A stretch of 63,760 nt of DNA, the filler included, from Ministeria vibrans ATCC 50519 (lineage: Eukaryota > Protista > Filasterea), in the NCBI GenBank assembly GCA_943704425.1. It is 5 parts of 5 records of this genome, joined end to end, with 100 filler letters (N's around TTAATTAATTAA, not from the genome) between each part and the next. Parts side by side here need not be neighbours in the genome. Positions count along the whole stretch, not along the records: positions 1 to 23,124 come from CALSCP010000678.1; 4 more parts are not named here. The stretch is one strand, 5' to 3'. Below the pieces are notes generated by a model, which worked only from the letters and a program-made list of their open reading frames with translations, did no database searches and was not told where the DNA came from. Numbering within the stretch: position 1 is the first letter of the stretch; every line of letters starts with the position of its first letter. Positions 1 through 9,598 of this stretch are shown here, one piece after another. Both the position numbers and the translations under genes were made by a program.

Positions 1-86
<86 letters not shown>

Positions 87-106
87 TGTGTGTGTGTGTG
101 TGTGTG
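1..106. repeat. (CT)n then (GT)n microsatellite, intronic
   Basis: Read directly; lies just upstream of the acceptor CCAG at 121-124. Confidence 0.95.
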
Positions 107-124
107 CGTTTCTCTTTTCTCCAG

Positions 125-441
125 TGACAGGCACTACTCTCCGATCGCGTTCGTTGAAATATAAATCCGATCTTGCTGTAAGCACGCACAAGCACAAAAC
201 ACAAACATAACAAAAATATAGTTATTATAATAGTAGTATTAATACTGTTTAATGTATACTATAACACTTAATTCTCTTTTTTTTGTGTCTTTAGCGCGCG
301 GTCTCAACTGAACTTCTTGTGCATCTTTTCAATGGCATTGAGCCGGTGATTGACTCGGAATATCCTATTGTGGACGTTGCCAAGGCCCACGAGCGAATGC
401 AGAACAACCTGAACAAGGGCAAAATCGTTCTGATTCTCTGA
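125..441 (+). CDS. Quinone oxidoreductase, PIG3/zeta-crystallin family; last two exons (125-177, 295-441), 5' part outside the window
   Basis: Manual splice (GTAAGC at 178, TTAG ending 294) gives TGTTLRSRSLKYKSDLA-RAVSTELLVHLFNGIEPVIDSEYPIVDVAKAHERMQNNLNKGKIVLIL*. GTTLRSR and AH..M..N...GKIVL are typical of the family C-terminus. Confidence 0.85.
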
Positions 442-540
442 GGAACCTCATTTAAGATGGTGGGGATATTAAAAAGATAATAATGATAATAAATTAATAA
501 AATAATTATAATAATTATTATTTTGTTTTATATGGGTTTC

Positions 541-873
541 TCTCGTCTTAAAGTCTACGGCGGAAGTATTGTGCTGTTTTTTGTTTATATATTGCTTGTT
601 TTGACATACAGTTCTTGGTATTTATTGTTATTCTTTTATTTTATTATTATAAATTTCTTTGGGGCTACAGAGCCTATGGCGGAAGCCCTGAATTACTCTT
701 CGGTGTATTATATTTCCGCCTCCTTGAGTAAACCAAAGCTTGTTTTAATAATAATAGTAATAATATATAAATAGGAAAATAAATAGAGAATCGAGAGTTG
801 TACTCAATGTCAAAACAAAACTATACAAAACAAAGAGCAGCACAATACTTCCGCCGTAGACTTCAAGACGAGA
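541..873. mobile_element. MITE-like fold-back element with ~65-70 bp imperfect terminal inverted repeats
   Basis: TCTCGTCTTAAAGTCTACGGCGGAAGTATTGTGCTG...TTTTGACAT (541-607) is the reverse complement of ATGTCAAAA...CAGCACAATACTTCCGCCGTAGACTTCAAGACGAGA (807-873). No clear target-site duplication. Confidence 0.6.
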
Positions 874-1233
874 ATCTCTAATTATTATTATTCTTTTTCT
901 CATAGAAACAGTATTAATTACTTATTTTCATCTAAGCAACACAGAATCATGTTTGGCAACGCAACGAAGTGAGTAGGGGATAAAGCATGAAGAATGTTGC
1001 TCATTATGGGGTTGCTTGGTGGGAAAAGCGAAGCGATGGCGACCAGGCATACGGAGCAATGACGTGCTAATCATAAGAATCAAACAATTTAATTAAACAA
1101 TAATAATCAGCGGATAATAAAAAGTGCCATAATAGGGAAATAATAGGGCATAACAATACCCTTAATAGGCTCATAACACGACTCTACTCAACCACCTAAA
1201 CAACCTCCCAGGATATTTATTCCTGTTTCATTT

Positions 1234-1745
1234 TTAGACAATCGTTGACTTGAGTTTGAGCACAGTGCATGTGCTCACGATGTTGCTTCCAGCGGCGCTT
1301 GTGGTGTCACCCACAGACAAAGTCAGATCATTGCCGCCTGAAGACGCTCCCTCCTCAAAGAAGCTGCAAGTAGTAGGGTTAATGGCCACCTCGAAGATGT
1401 CGTTCGGCTCAGACGCATCCTGGGTGATGAAGCTTGTGTAGCCGGCTGATGATGAGTAGAGATCGAGAAAGCAAAAGTGGTTGCCCGTCGAAAGCGCAAC
1501 ACACTTGCCGCGACCGAACTGGGAGGCAGACGCAGTGGGGAGATTTTGAAAGGCCATGTCGCCTCCGCCCGTGCAGTAAGCCTAACAACGGCAGGGAGAG
1601 ACAAGGAAAGACGAAGTTCAGACGAAGATTGGATACTTCTCTGTATTAGTTTGATCCGAGAGCTCACCTCTAGCTGGCAGCGGGCAAAGGCAGCATTGGT
1701 AACTGCAACGCAGCTGGCGACGAAGAGAAGAATGATATGCTTCAT
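1234..1745 (-). CDS. Small secreted Cys-containing protein, paralog A (exons 1745-1668, 1581-1234; ~141 aa)
   Basis: Signal peptide MKHIILLFVASCVAVTNA. A phase-0 intron GTGAGC...TTGTTAG joins RCQLE to AYCTGGGDMAF...STCTVLKLKSTIV*. Aligns with the gene at 21265-21887. Confidence 0.75.
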
Positions 1746-2544
1746 ACTAAAATAAATAAGAAGAAGAAGAATTATTCAATAATAATAAGAATTATTATTA
1801 TTATTATAATATTATATATTTATGATAAGAAGAAGAGATCTAATGGATCTGGAATTCACAGGCAGTGCCAAAACAGGAATAGAGAAGGAATAGACCATTC
1901 AATTGCCGCAAAGTCGCAAACGAAAGAGGAGGGTCGCGAACGAGAGCCGGTGGGCCTCGTTGTTCTCCAGAGGGTGGTGAAAAGGGACTGAAAAGAGAGT
2001 GAAAAGCGACGAAAAAAAGAGCGATTGAAAAAAGAAGAAAAAAATGAAAAACTGCAACACACGCCCTTCCCAGACTCCTTCTGACGACCGCAAAGGAATA
2101 AACATCAGATCCAAGCACAATGAACAAGAACAGGATCGACAGAAGTCCCTCATAATCTACAGGCAGCAGAAAAAACGAATAATTGCATTTGCTTCGAAAA
2201 AAAAAAGCAAGAACAATAAATCCCGACCATAGCAGCCCCTGCGGATCACTCCAAACAAGCAAGCAGTACTCCCAAACACCACTAACGTGATTACGTGAAC
2301 GGCAGCGACAGAAGTGATGACCGCGAAAAACGATTGTACAACAAAAGTTCAACAAAAGAACAACAAAAAAAAAAGAAAACGGATGATCCACTCGAAATGA
2401 ACGCAAACACGCATAACATCAACGTCATACATCACTTGCGCTTGCTCTAAAGTGTTATCGAGGCAAGAAGGCAAGAAAAGTATTTAAAGTTTGTTAATAC
2501 TAAATAAAATAATACAGTTTATGATATTATTATTCTTTGAGTTT

Positions 2545-2590
2545 GTTGAACTTTGAACTCCGTTTGAACTTTGAACTCCGTTTGAACTTG
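2545..2590. repeat. Short tandem repeat (TTTGAACTCCGTTTGAAC unit) at the 3' side of the LINE relic
   Basis: TTGAACTTTGAACTCCGTTTGAACTTTGAACTCCGTTTGAACTT read directly. Confidence 0.85.
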
Positions 2591-2599
2591 GAACACGCA

Positions 2600-3660
2600 C
2601 TTTTTTTGCACTTAGTGAGTTGTACATTTTGTCCTAAGTAAATGTCCTTCAGAGCATAAATAAGAGGCGACACACTCGTAGGCCCAGAGAGGTTTGGTGT
2701 CCCCTGGGAGACGTGCGCGCCACTCCTTCGTTGACAGCCTTTCCGCAGCCTTCACAAGCTTGCCGTCTTTGACTCGGACGTACCTCAGCACTCGTCTCGC
2801 TGGTGCTCCCTCTGGCATCGGATGGAGCGTCTCGAGCGTGTTGAGAAGCGACAGCGCGTGAAAACGCTTCATTGTTCTCGGGGCCGCAGCCGCCATCTCG
2901 GGAGTTCCTCGGGAGTGTTTGCTAGCAGCGCTACAAACATCCTGTGGGATGCCAGAAGGCACCACTGCAAGAGTCGTGCCTCTCGTCAGGTGCTGAAGCA
3001 GGCCCGCTTGCAGTGCCCGCGCCCGGTTGCCGACGGGCTCGATGCCGAGCTCGCCCCGTACTTAGTCCCACCAGCGGTGCAAATTGCGGCGCTCTCGCCA
3101 GTCTTCTGAGATCCTCGTTCTGCAGCAGGTTCAGCTAATCAGCTCGTCATATTTTCCTGACGGTAGCACTTTGGTAACTAGCACAATTGTTGCCTGACCA
3201 AAGTCCATCGCACTCCTACGTACACGTTTCGTAGGGCATCCACCCGTAGGTCCCGCAAGAACACGCGCTGCCACACGGCGCGCGCCTTACAGTACCTCTC
3301 CTGAGATGCCCTCCGAGACTGACTGGACCAGCCTAAATCTGCGTGTGGGGCGCGCACCTGGCGCGACCGCCGGAGCCGAGAATGAGCCGTTTACTTTCTG
3401 ATCGTCCACCCGCCTGAGCGCCACACCATCATACCGCTCCGGTGTCCGCATTATGTTGATCGGGTCCCTGCCAATCACTTGCCCGTAGCTGTTTTGCACT
3501 GTTCACTACTAGGCGCCAAGTGCAACAGTAGTCCCTTGCTTGGATGTAGTCCAGCGCCGCATTCGTGTCCTCGATGATTAGCACCAAGTTGTCGCTAAAC
3601 ACCATTTCAGCTGATGAATACCCGCCACTGAAGCAACTCCGCCGGCTTTAGGGAGAGCCC
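2600..3660 (-). mobile_element. Degenerate, 5'-truncated non-LTR retrotransposon (LINE) relic
   Basis: GC-rich intronless block with stops and frameshifts. Minus-strand MVFSDNLVLIIED...DYCCTWRLVVNSAK resembles RT motifs (FADDLVL...FCxxWGLxVNxxK), with the catalytic DD decayed to DN. Confidence 0.6.
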
Positions 3661-3790
3661 TACGGAACGTATACTATTAATTTTATTATTATTATCATTG
3701 AATAAGTTGGGTTGAGCATGAGTCATCAAAAATATCTAAAAGTAATATTATAGTGCGGATAATACCATTTTCTTCTCTGCAGTAAATCCA

Positions 3791-3946
3791 GGGTTGGCAA
3801 CGGCAAGAAGCCGTTGGAAGAGTTCGATTCTTTTCATGCTGCCCATCTTAACACACACCATCCGCCGGCTTTGACGAAATTGGGCGTGCGCGCCAGACGG
3901 TGCGTGGGGCTTCGATGCCTCCACCGGCCCAAACGTGTTTTTTTTT
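3791..3946 (+). ncRNA. Candidate structured small RNA: two tandem tRNA-like folds plus oligo-T
   Basis: Unit 1 (3791-3845) has a closing stem, hairpin CAACGGC/GCCGTTG and T-arm GAAGAG-TTCGATT-CTTTTC. Unit 2 (3864-3931) has a GCCGG/CCGGC stem and GGGGC-TTCGAT-GCCTC, followed by T9. Folded by hand only. Confidence 0.35.
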
Positions 3947-4268
3947 GTTTTGTTTTGTTTTGTTTTTTTTTACTTTTACTTTTGTTGTTTGGTTGTTGAA
4001 AGTGTTGCTACAATCAGATAGTTATGTTGCTTGTGTGAATGTTGAGATATTTTCAAATAAATAATAATAATAATAAGAAATAATAATAATAATAATACTA
4101 TTATTAATAATAATTATTATTATTATTATCTTTCTTATTTAATAGTTACTTTGTTTGTTGTGCTACTTCTTGTGCGTTCCTCCTCTTCACTTTATTGAGA
4201 ATAAAAATATACACTCATCCACTATTCTTCGTTATTTTCTTTTTAATTTTATTTATTACTTTATTACA

Positions 4269-5369
4269 TTACTCTTTGAACATTTCTACAAAGGGAGCAA
4301 CATTGCCAGTCGGATTGTGTGCCTTGCGCGCATTATGATCGTCAAAAATTGCAAAGGCAACGCGCTTAAAGCGATTGACAAAGGGCTCGGAGTGAAGCAC
4401 GGAGTGAAAGAGCTCGGCAATGTGCGACGGAGGACAGCAGAAGGCACCGCAGCCCAACGCAGAGAGCACGATGGCATCATGGCCGTTGTCTAGCGCCACC
4501 CCCAGGATAGTGCCAATGCGGGCGCGCGTCATAGCTGCTGCATCGTCATTCATGCGTGTCCCACCAGCTACCAGGTCTGAAAGAACGAACAGTATGACCA
4601 AGGGCGCACTCCAATTCATATATCAAAAGAAAGAACAACACACAACAAAAACTAAAACAACAACAATACACGTCTGTTGTCCGGCTCACTTACGGGGTCG
4701 ACGAGGCGCCGGCATTGCAATGAATGACAGCTCGTAAGGTTCATCTAGAAGTTCATAGCCATTCGCTTCGCTCGCACGAAACACCCACGCTCGAGGCGTA
4801 TAGACGCACTGAAGCCCGCGCAAGGGATAGCGCCAGTGCGGGCGCACGGGAACAAACCGCCCAAAGAAGTGCTGTGCGAGAGAGGTGCGACGGAAGAGGT
4901 TCTCTTCCTGAGCACCCGCCCCGCCGCGGACACCGCCGCCCGGCTTGAAGTCGCTGGCCATGTTGAGACAGACGGGACGCAACCCCGCACGCTGCAGCGC
5001 CGCAGAGACGTCCAGGCAGTCTGCCTCATGCACCACGATCTCCGTCGTCGCACCGGCGTCCAGCACGGCATGGATGGTCTCTGGCATGCCGTCGTACAGG
5101 CGCGTCGCTTCGGCCTGGCGCTGCAGCAACGGATGAAGCCAGTTCAGCAATGCTTATGACATGCTCGACCACTCAACTGACACATTCTGTCTTACCCGAT
5201 TGTATTCTGCAGTCCCTAGCGACACCGCTGGACTGGCGCCCTTCTGGTAGCCAAGCTGGTCCAGAATGCGCAGAGTGCTTTGGTACGTTTCAATTCGCAT
5301 TCGCTTTTTCACAGCAAACGGACTTTCGGCAAACCGACGCGCCCAGGCGACGCCGTACTCTTGCGCCAT
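4269..5369 (-). CDS. Bacterial-type poly(ADP-ribose) glycohydrolase, DUF2263/TIGR02452 macrodomain (exons 5369-5196, 5120-4694, 4576-4269)
   Basis: LNMASDFKPGGGVRGGAGAQEENLFRRTSL (GGG..QEE catalytic signature), YTP, VLSALGCGAFCCPP and FAI motifs. Two GT-AG introns restore the frame. Confidence 0.9.
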
Positions 5370-5546
5370 AATGCGATCAATTGGTAGATGTGTGTATGGT
5401 TGTGTAGTCGGTCGAGAGTGTCAAGGAAAGAAGAATTATGAAAACTGTGAAACGTTTAACTTTGAAGCACCTTAAAGTTTGACTAAAATTGGAATACACA
5501 TTCGACATTATAGACAATCCACTTTATTCAACTGTATCGATCAGCC

Positions 5547-6232
5547 ATGTCACATATCACGATCAAATCGTCGGCAGGCGACATCAAGATCAAATTACTG
5601 ACGGACATTGCGCCCAAGACGTGTGAGCGAGTCAGGGCGCTCGTCCGCGGTGCACAGTAAGGCATTGGGTGTCGCGGCTCCCGCTCACTGTCCTCCCGCC
5701 CTCTCCCCGCGTAGCTACGATGGCTGCTGCTTCTACCGCGCCGAACCCAACTTTGTCATCCAGGTAGGCATTTGATGAGACGCTCGGCGTGGCGCTGAGG
5801 CGGCTGGTTGTGGCGTAGGGCGGTCTGCGCATGCCGGACGGCGCAAAGAAGCCAACGCCGTTCGCAGAGGGCGTCCCGCTTGAGTACCACCGCCTCAACA
5901 AGCGCAGCACGGTCACCATGGCCCGATGGGAGGCGACCGACTCGGCGACAGGCGAGTTTTTCATCAACTTGAAAGACAATTCAAACTTGGACAGGTTATT
6001 AGTCTATTCGTCTGGCTTCCAACTTGATCTGCTCGAGATACTCACTTTCTTATTATTATTGTAATTATGCAGAACAGGCGACTCGGGATGGGCACTTGGG
6101 TTTGCAGTGTGGGGCGAAGTAGTGTCGGGAATGGACGTGGCAGACGCCATCTCGGGGCACGCGACAAAGAGCGCAAACGGCATGAAGATGCTGGTGGAGC
6201 CGATTGTGTATACCATGCAACTCACCGACTAA
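5547..6232 (+). CDS. Cyclophilin-type peptidyl-prolyl isomerase (4 exons)
   Basis: Spliced product: GDIKIKLLTDIAPKT...YDGCCFYRAEPNFVIQGG...MARWEATDSATGEFFINLKDNSNLD...GFAVWGEVVSGMDVADAI. Confidence 0.9.
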
Positions 6233-6281
6233 ATGGGATACGCACATACGCCAAGAATCAGTAGTAAACCCATTGGTGTGT

Positions 6282-9092
6282 TTATTGGAAGAAGCAGGCA
6301 CCAGGCCCAGGCACAGTGTTGTTGTGGTGTGCGGGAGACGCAGGGATGCCACGGCGGTTCATGTAGCACCGCAGCGCATTGTAGCGTGTCGCTACACAGA
6401 AAAAAACATCAGTTGTACGACAAGTGTGTTTGGTGTATATATATATATATATGTGTGTGTTTGGTGGTGGTGGTACCGTCGACAGTCTGAGTCTGATCGC
6501 GTGCACTCCAAAGTCGCTCGGCCACGGCTGCTGCGCGCGGGAAGAGCGGCTGGAACACCGCAGACGCGTCCGCAAACTCCCCCCACATCGATGCTAAGGA
6601 GGAACACACGACGGAGAAAAAGAGAAAGAAGAAAATTACAACGACAAAAGAAATGCGACAGGCGGACAGACCTTCACCACCCAACACAAAGGCACATTGG
6701 GCATCGGTGAGTCCGTCACAGGGCTCCACCGAGTAAATGTCCTTGAAGGTTTTGTCCAAATGGGACACGGGACCGCTGAGATACCACTCACTCGACGCAG
6801 AGAGCACAGCGTAGTAACCCGCACTCACTACCTCCTTCAAAATGGATGCATTGGTCCATACCTGAGCACACACAGAGAGGCGAGATTGGTGAACAAGAGA
6901 TATTGGGGCACAGATTGAAAATGACTTTTCTAATAGCGACGCTGAACAAACAAACAATTCGTACTTCCACAATGAGGTTCTTCGGAAGTTGAGTGGTAAA
7001 GTGGGACCAAACCTCATTCCACACAATGGGTCGTTGGCCATGGGACTGGGCAAGGGCAATGGCACGCTGGACATGGTACTTATAAAGGTCGTCATAAGAG
7101 GTCATATTTCTCATGTGCATGAAGCGGGTAATTGAGGGGGAGTTGCTCCAGCAATTCTGCTGCACTTCATCGCCGCCAATGTGCACCAGATGCTCAGTGG
7201 TCAGCGCATTAAAGGCTGGATGGTACGAGAGAAAGACACGTGGCAGAGGAAGGAGGAGTAGGTGAGAGAGAAGATGGGACACATCATCAGTGTTTTTCTC
7301 ATACCGGTCAGAATGGCATTCAGAATGGTAAACGTCTCATTCTGTTCAGAGAGACACACAAAACGACTTAAAAATAATAATAATAATATGAAAGCAGACG
7401 AGTGCGATGTACCTTTGAAGGATCAACGGGAACATCACACGAGTGGTTCGGGCATTGGTTGGCGCAATTGCTGGCTGTCTTGTAGCCATCAGGGAGTACA
7501 TCATACGCTCCCTACAACACAACATTAGACAAAAAAAAACAAAGCACACACAAAAGCATGCTGCTCGTGTATCACTACAACCAAACACAGACACATACAT
7601 ACGACAATATAATTAAACATAATAGTACATCTCCGCCCCATGCCCACGCGTGTCCTGGTGAGTCCACTTCAAAGAGCACTCGCACTCCCCTCAACGTAGC
7701 ATACAAAACTATTTCAGCAATGTCGCTTTTGCTATAGCGCTCTTGCTCGCTCCAAAAGTACCTACATGACCTAATTTAATATTTTTACATCAATCCCACA
7801 TTTTACAATACAACCTAGAGACATTATTGCCATTACTCTATTATTATGATTGTGTTGTTATTAGTCTTGTTAATTATTATGGAATACTTACATGTGTGGG
7901 TACTCCGGAACAACCAGCGGCTAGAGAACAACAATAATCAGCGCAAACAATAGTGAAACCGAATTACGATCAACTTACAACAGTTTGCGCATCGATAATG
8001 TGCCAGTGAAGCACATTGAGACGCGACACACTCATTGCTTCAATGATCATTTTCAATGTGTCCGACGGCAGAAAGTGCCGCGACGTGTCAATCATTATCC
8101 CACGACTACAGAGAAACGAACGTGAAACTACACATCTTCGAATAACCATAAATATTCGTACTGAGGAAACCGAGGGAAATCGACAATGTGCAAATCAGAC
8201 ACACTCACAAAGTACGACTGTGTGTCGAAATCATACTCAATGAGCTGAGCAATCGTCTGCAGTGCGTGCAGCACACCATACACTGTCGCTGCACTGCATG
8301 TTCACAACAGCAACAAAGAAAGAGTGCGTCAGTTACGCGGGAGAACCAGTCGAATAACAATTGAAAATAATAGAGACAAATGACAATAACAATAATAATA
8401 ATTCATAGTGTCTTAACTGGATGTCAAAGGAAGCATCTCCTTTTTTGAGAGCAATCGAGTACGACACATTTGTGTCCATTTGCAGCGACTCATTCAACGA
8501 CGCGAGTGACACGGACACGCGCGACACTGACGGCGACAGAGCTTTGACGGAGGTATGGGGAAAGAAGATGCCGGGAAAGCGCTGAAACGCGCTGGAAAGG
8601 ACGGAAGGCGTTGAGGGCGCCGCCGAAAAGGCAAAGTTGTGCGCATCCACTGCAACGCGCTCGGGCGCTGCGGTAACCGTCACCTGCTGTGGTTTGGGCC
8701 ACAGCTGATGGATCGATGGCGTGGAGCCCTGCATCAGAGCCCTCCGCAATGAGCCGATTGCTCTCGTCCCTCTCCTTTGTTTGTTTACCTTTGGCACGCG
8801 AACGTAAAAGTCCGTTGACGCCTTCTCCAGATACGCAATCTCGTGCTTCAGCCATCCATGCTAGGCTAGGTGTAAATATAAAGGTCTCCGTTGAGCGCAT
8901 GGGGCCTACGGAGTTGTAGCCGATGCAGCGTGGGTCGGCGAGACAACTGGATCGCGCATCGCCCGGCGCAACCTGCCGTACGTCTCCTTGAGGCGCGTCT
9001 ACGGTGGTGTAGTGGATGAAATCATCGGTGGGAGCCCAAGCAAGCGCCTGAGCGACAAGGAGAGCCCAAAGAGACAGGTGGTGTGCAACCAT
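6282..9092 (-). CDS. Beta-hexosaminidase (GH20), multi-exon, with signal peptide and an N-terminal PAN/apple-like module
   Basis: LWPKP, RGIMIDTSRHF, NVLHWHIIDAQ, EVDSPGHAWAW, HIGGDEV (catalytic DE), MWGE...PRAAAVAERLWS and C-terminal PGPGAC. Confidence 0.92.
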
Positions 9093-9204
9093 GCAGCAGA
9101 TCAAAAAGGTGTTCTAAAATCTAATCATGTTTCACTCAAGTGGCTCAAGTAGAATAACCTTTCATATCGATCGTTCAATCACGTCTTGTGATTTGCATAC
9201 ACAG

Positions 9205-9261
9205 CTTTGTACTAATTACTATCAACTTTGTACTAATTACTATCAACTTTGTTCTAATTAC
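9205..9261. repeat. 21-bp tandem repeat, ~2.7 copies (CTTTGTACTAATTACTATCAA)
   Basis: Read directly, ~110 bp upstream of the hexosaminidase ATG. Confidence 0.85.
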
Positions 9262-9424
9262 GGAGTACTATCAACTCTGCGACTCTTGAGTTTGAGGCGA
9301 CGGTCGCTGTGAATCATCCAAATAAATTAAAAGTTTTCATTGATTACAATTAATAATTGGCGATAATGAAACGAACATGAAACAAAGATGACACACGGGG
9401 AGAAGTACATGTTCGAACGTTTTG

Positions 9425-9458
<34 letters not shown>

Positions 9459-9589
9459 ACACACACACACACATACACACACAAACACACATACACACAT
9501 ACACACATACACACATACATACATACATACGTACATACATACATACACACGCGCTTACTCACTCACTCACTCACTCACTCACACACACA
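9425..9589. repeat. Compound (AC)n/(ACAT)n/(ACTC)n microsatellite
   Basis: Read directly. Confidence 0.95.
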
Positions 9590-9598
9590 GTGTAACAG

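Noticed and set aside
1204-1234. SECIS-like ATGA...AA...GA hairpin after the paralog A stop, with a similar CAGG/CCTG hairpin at 21660-21695
   Set aside because: The stem is too short for a SECIS, neither gene has an in-frame UGA, and the second copy is intronic; the similarity may be chance.
1639-1667. 27-29 nt ultra-short intron in paralog A
   Set aside because: These acceptors give a premature stop or a frame with no similarity to paralog B; the 86-nt intron gives the gap-free alignment.
2140-2320. RNase MRP or box C/D snoRNA (GAAGTCCC, GGGGCT, GTGATGA)
   Set aside because: The MRP-like motifs are on opposite strands, and no D box follows the C-box-like sequence.
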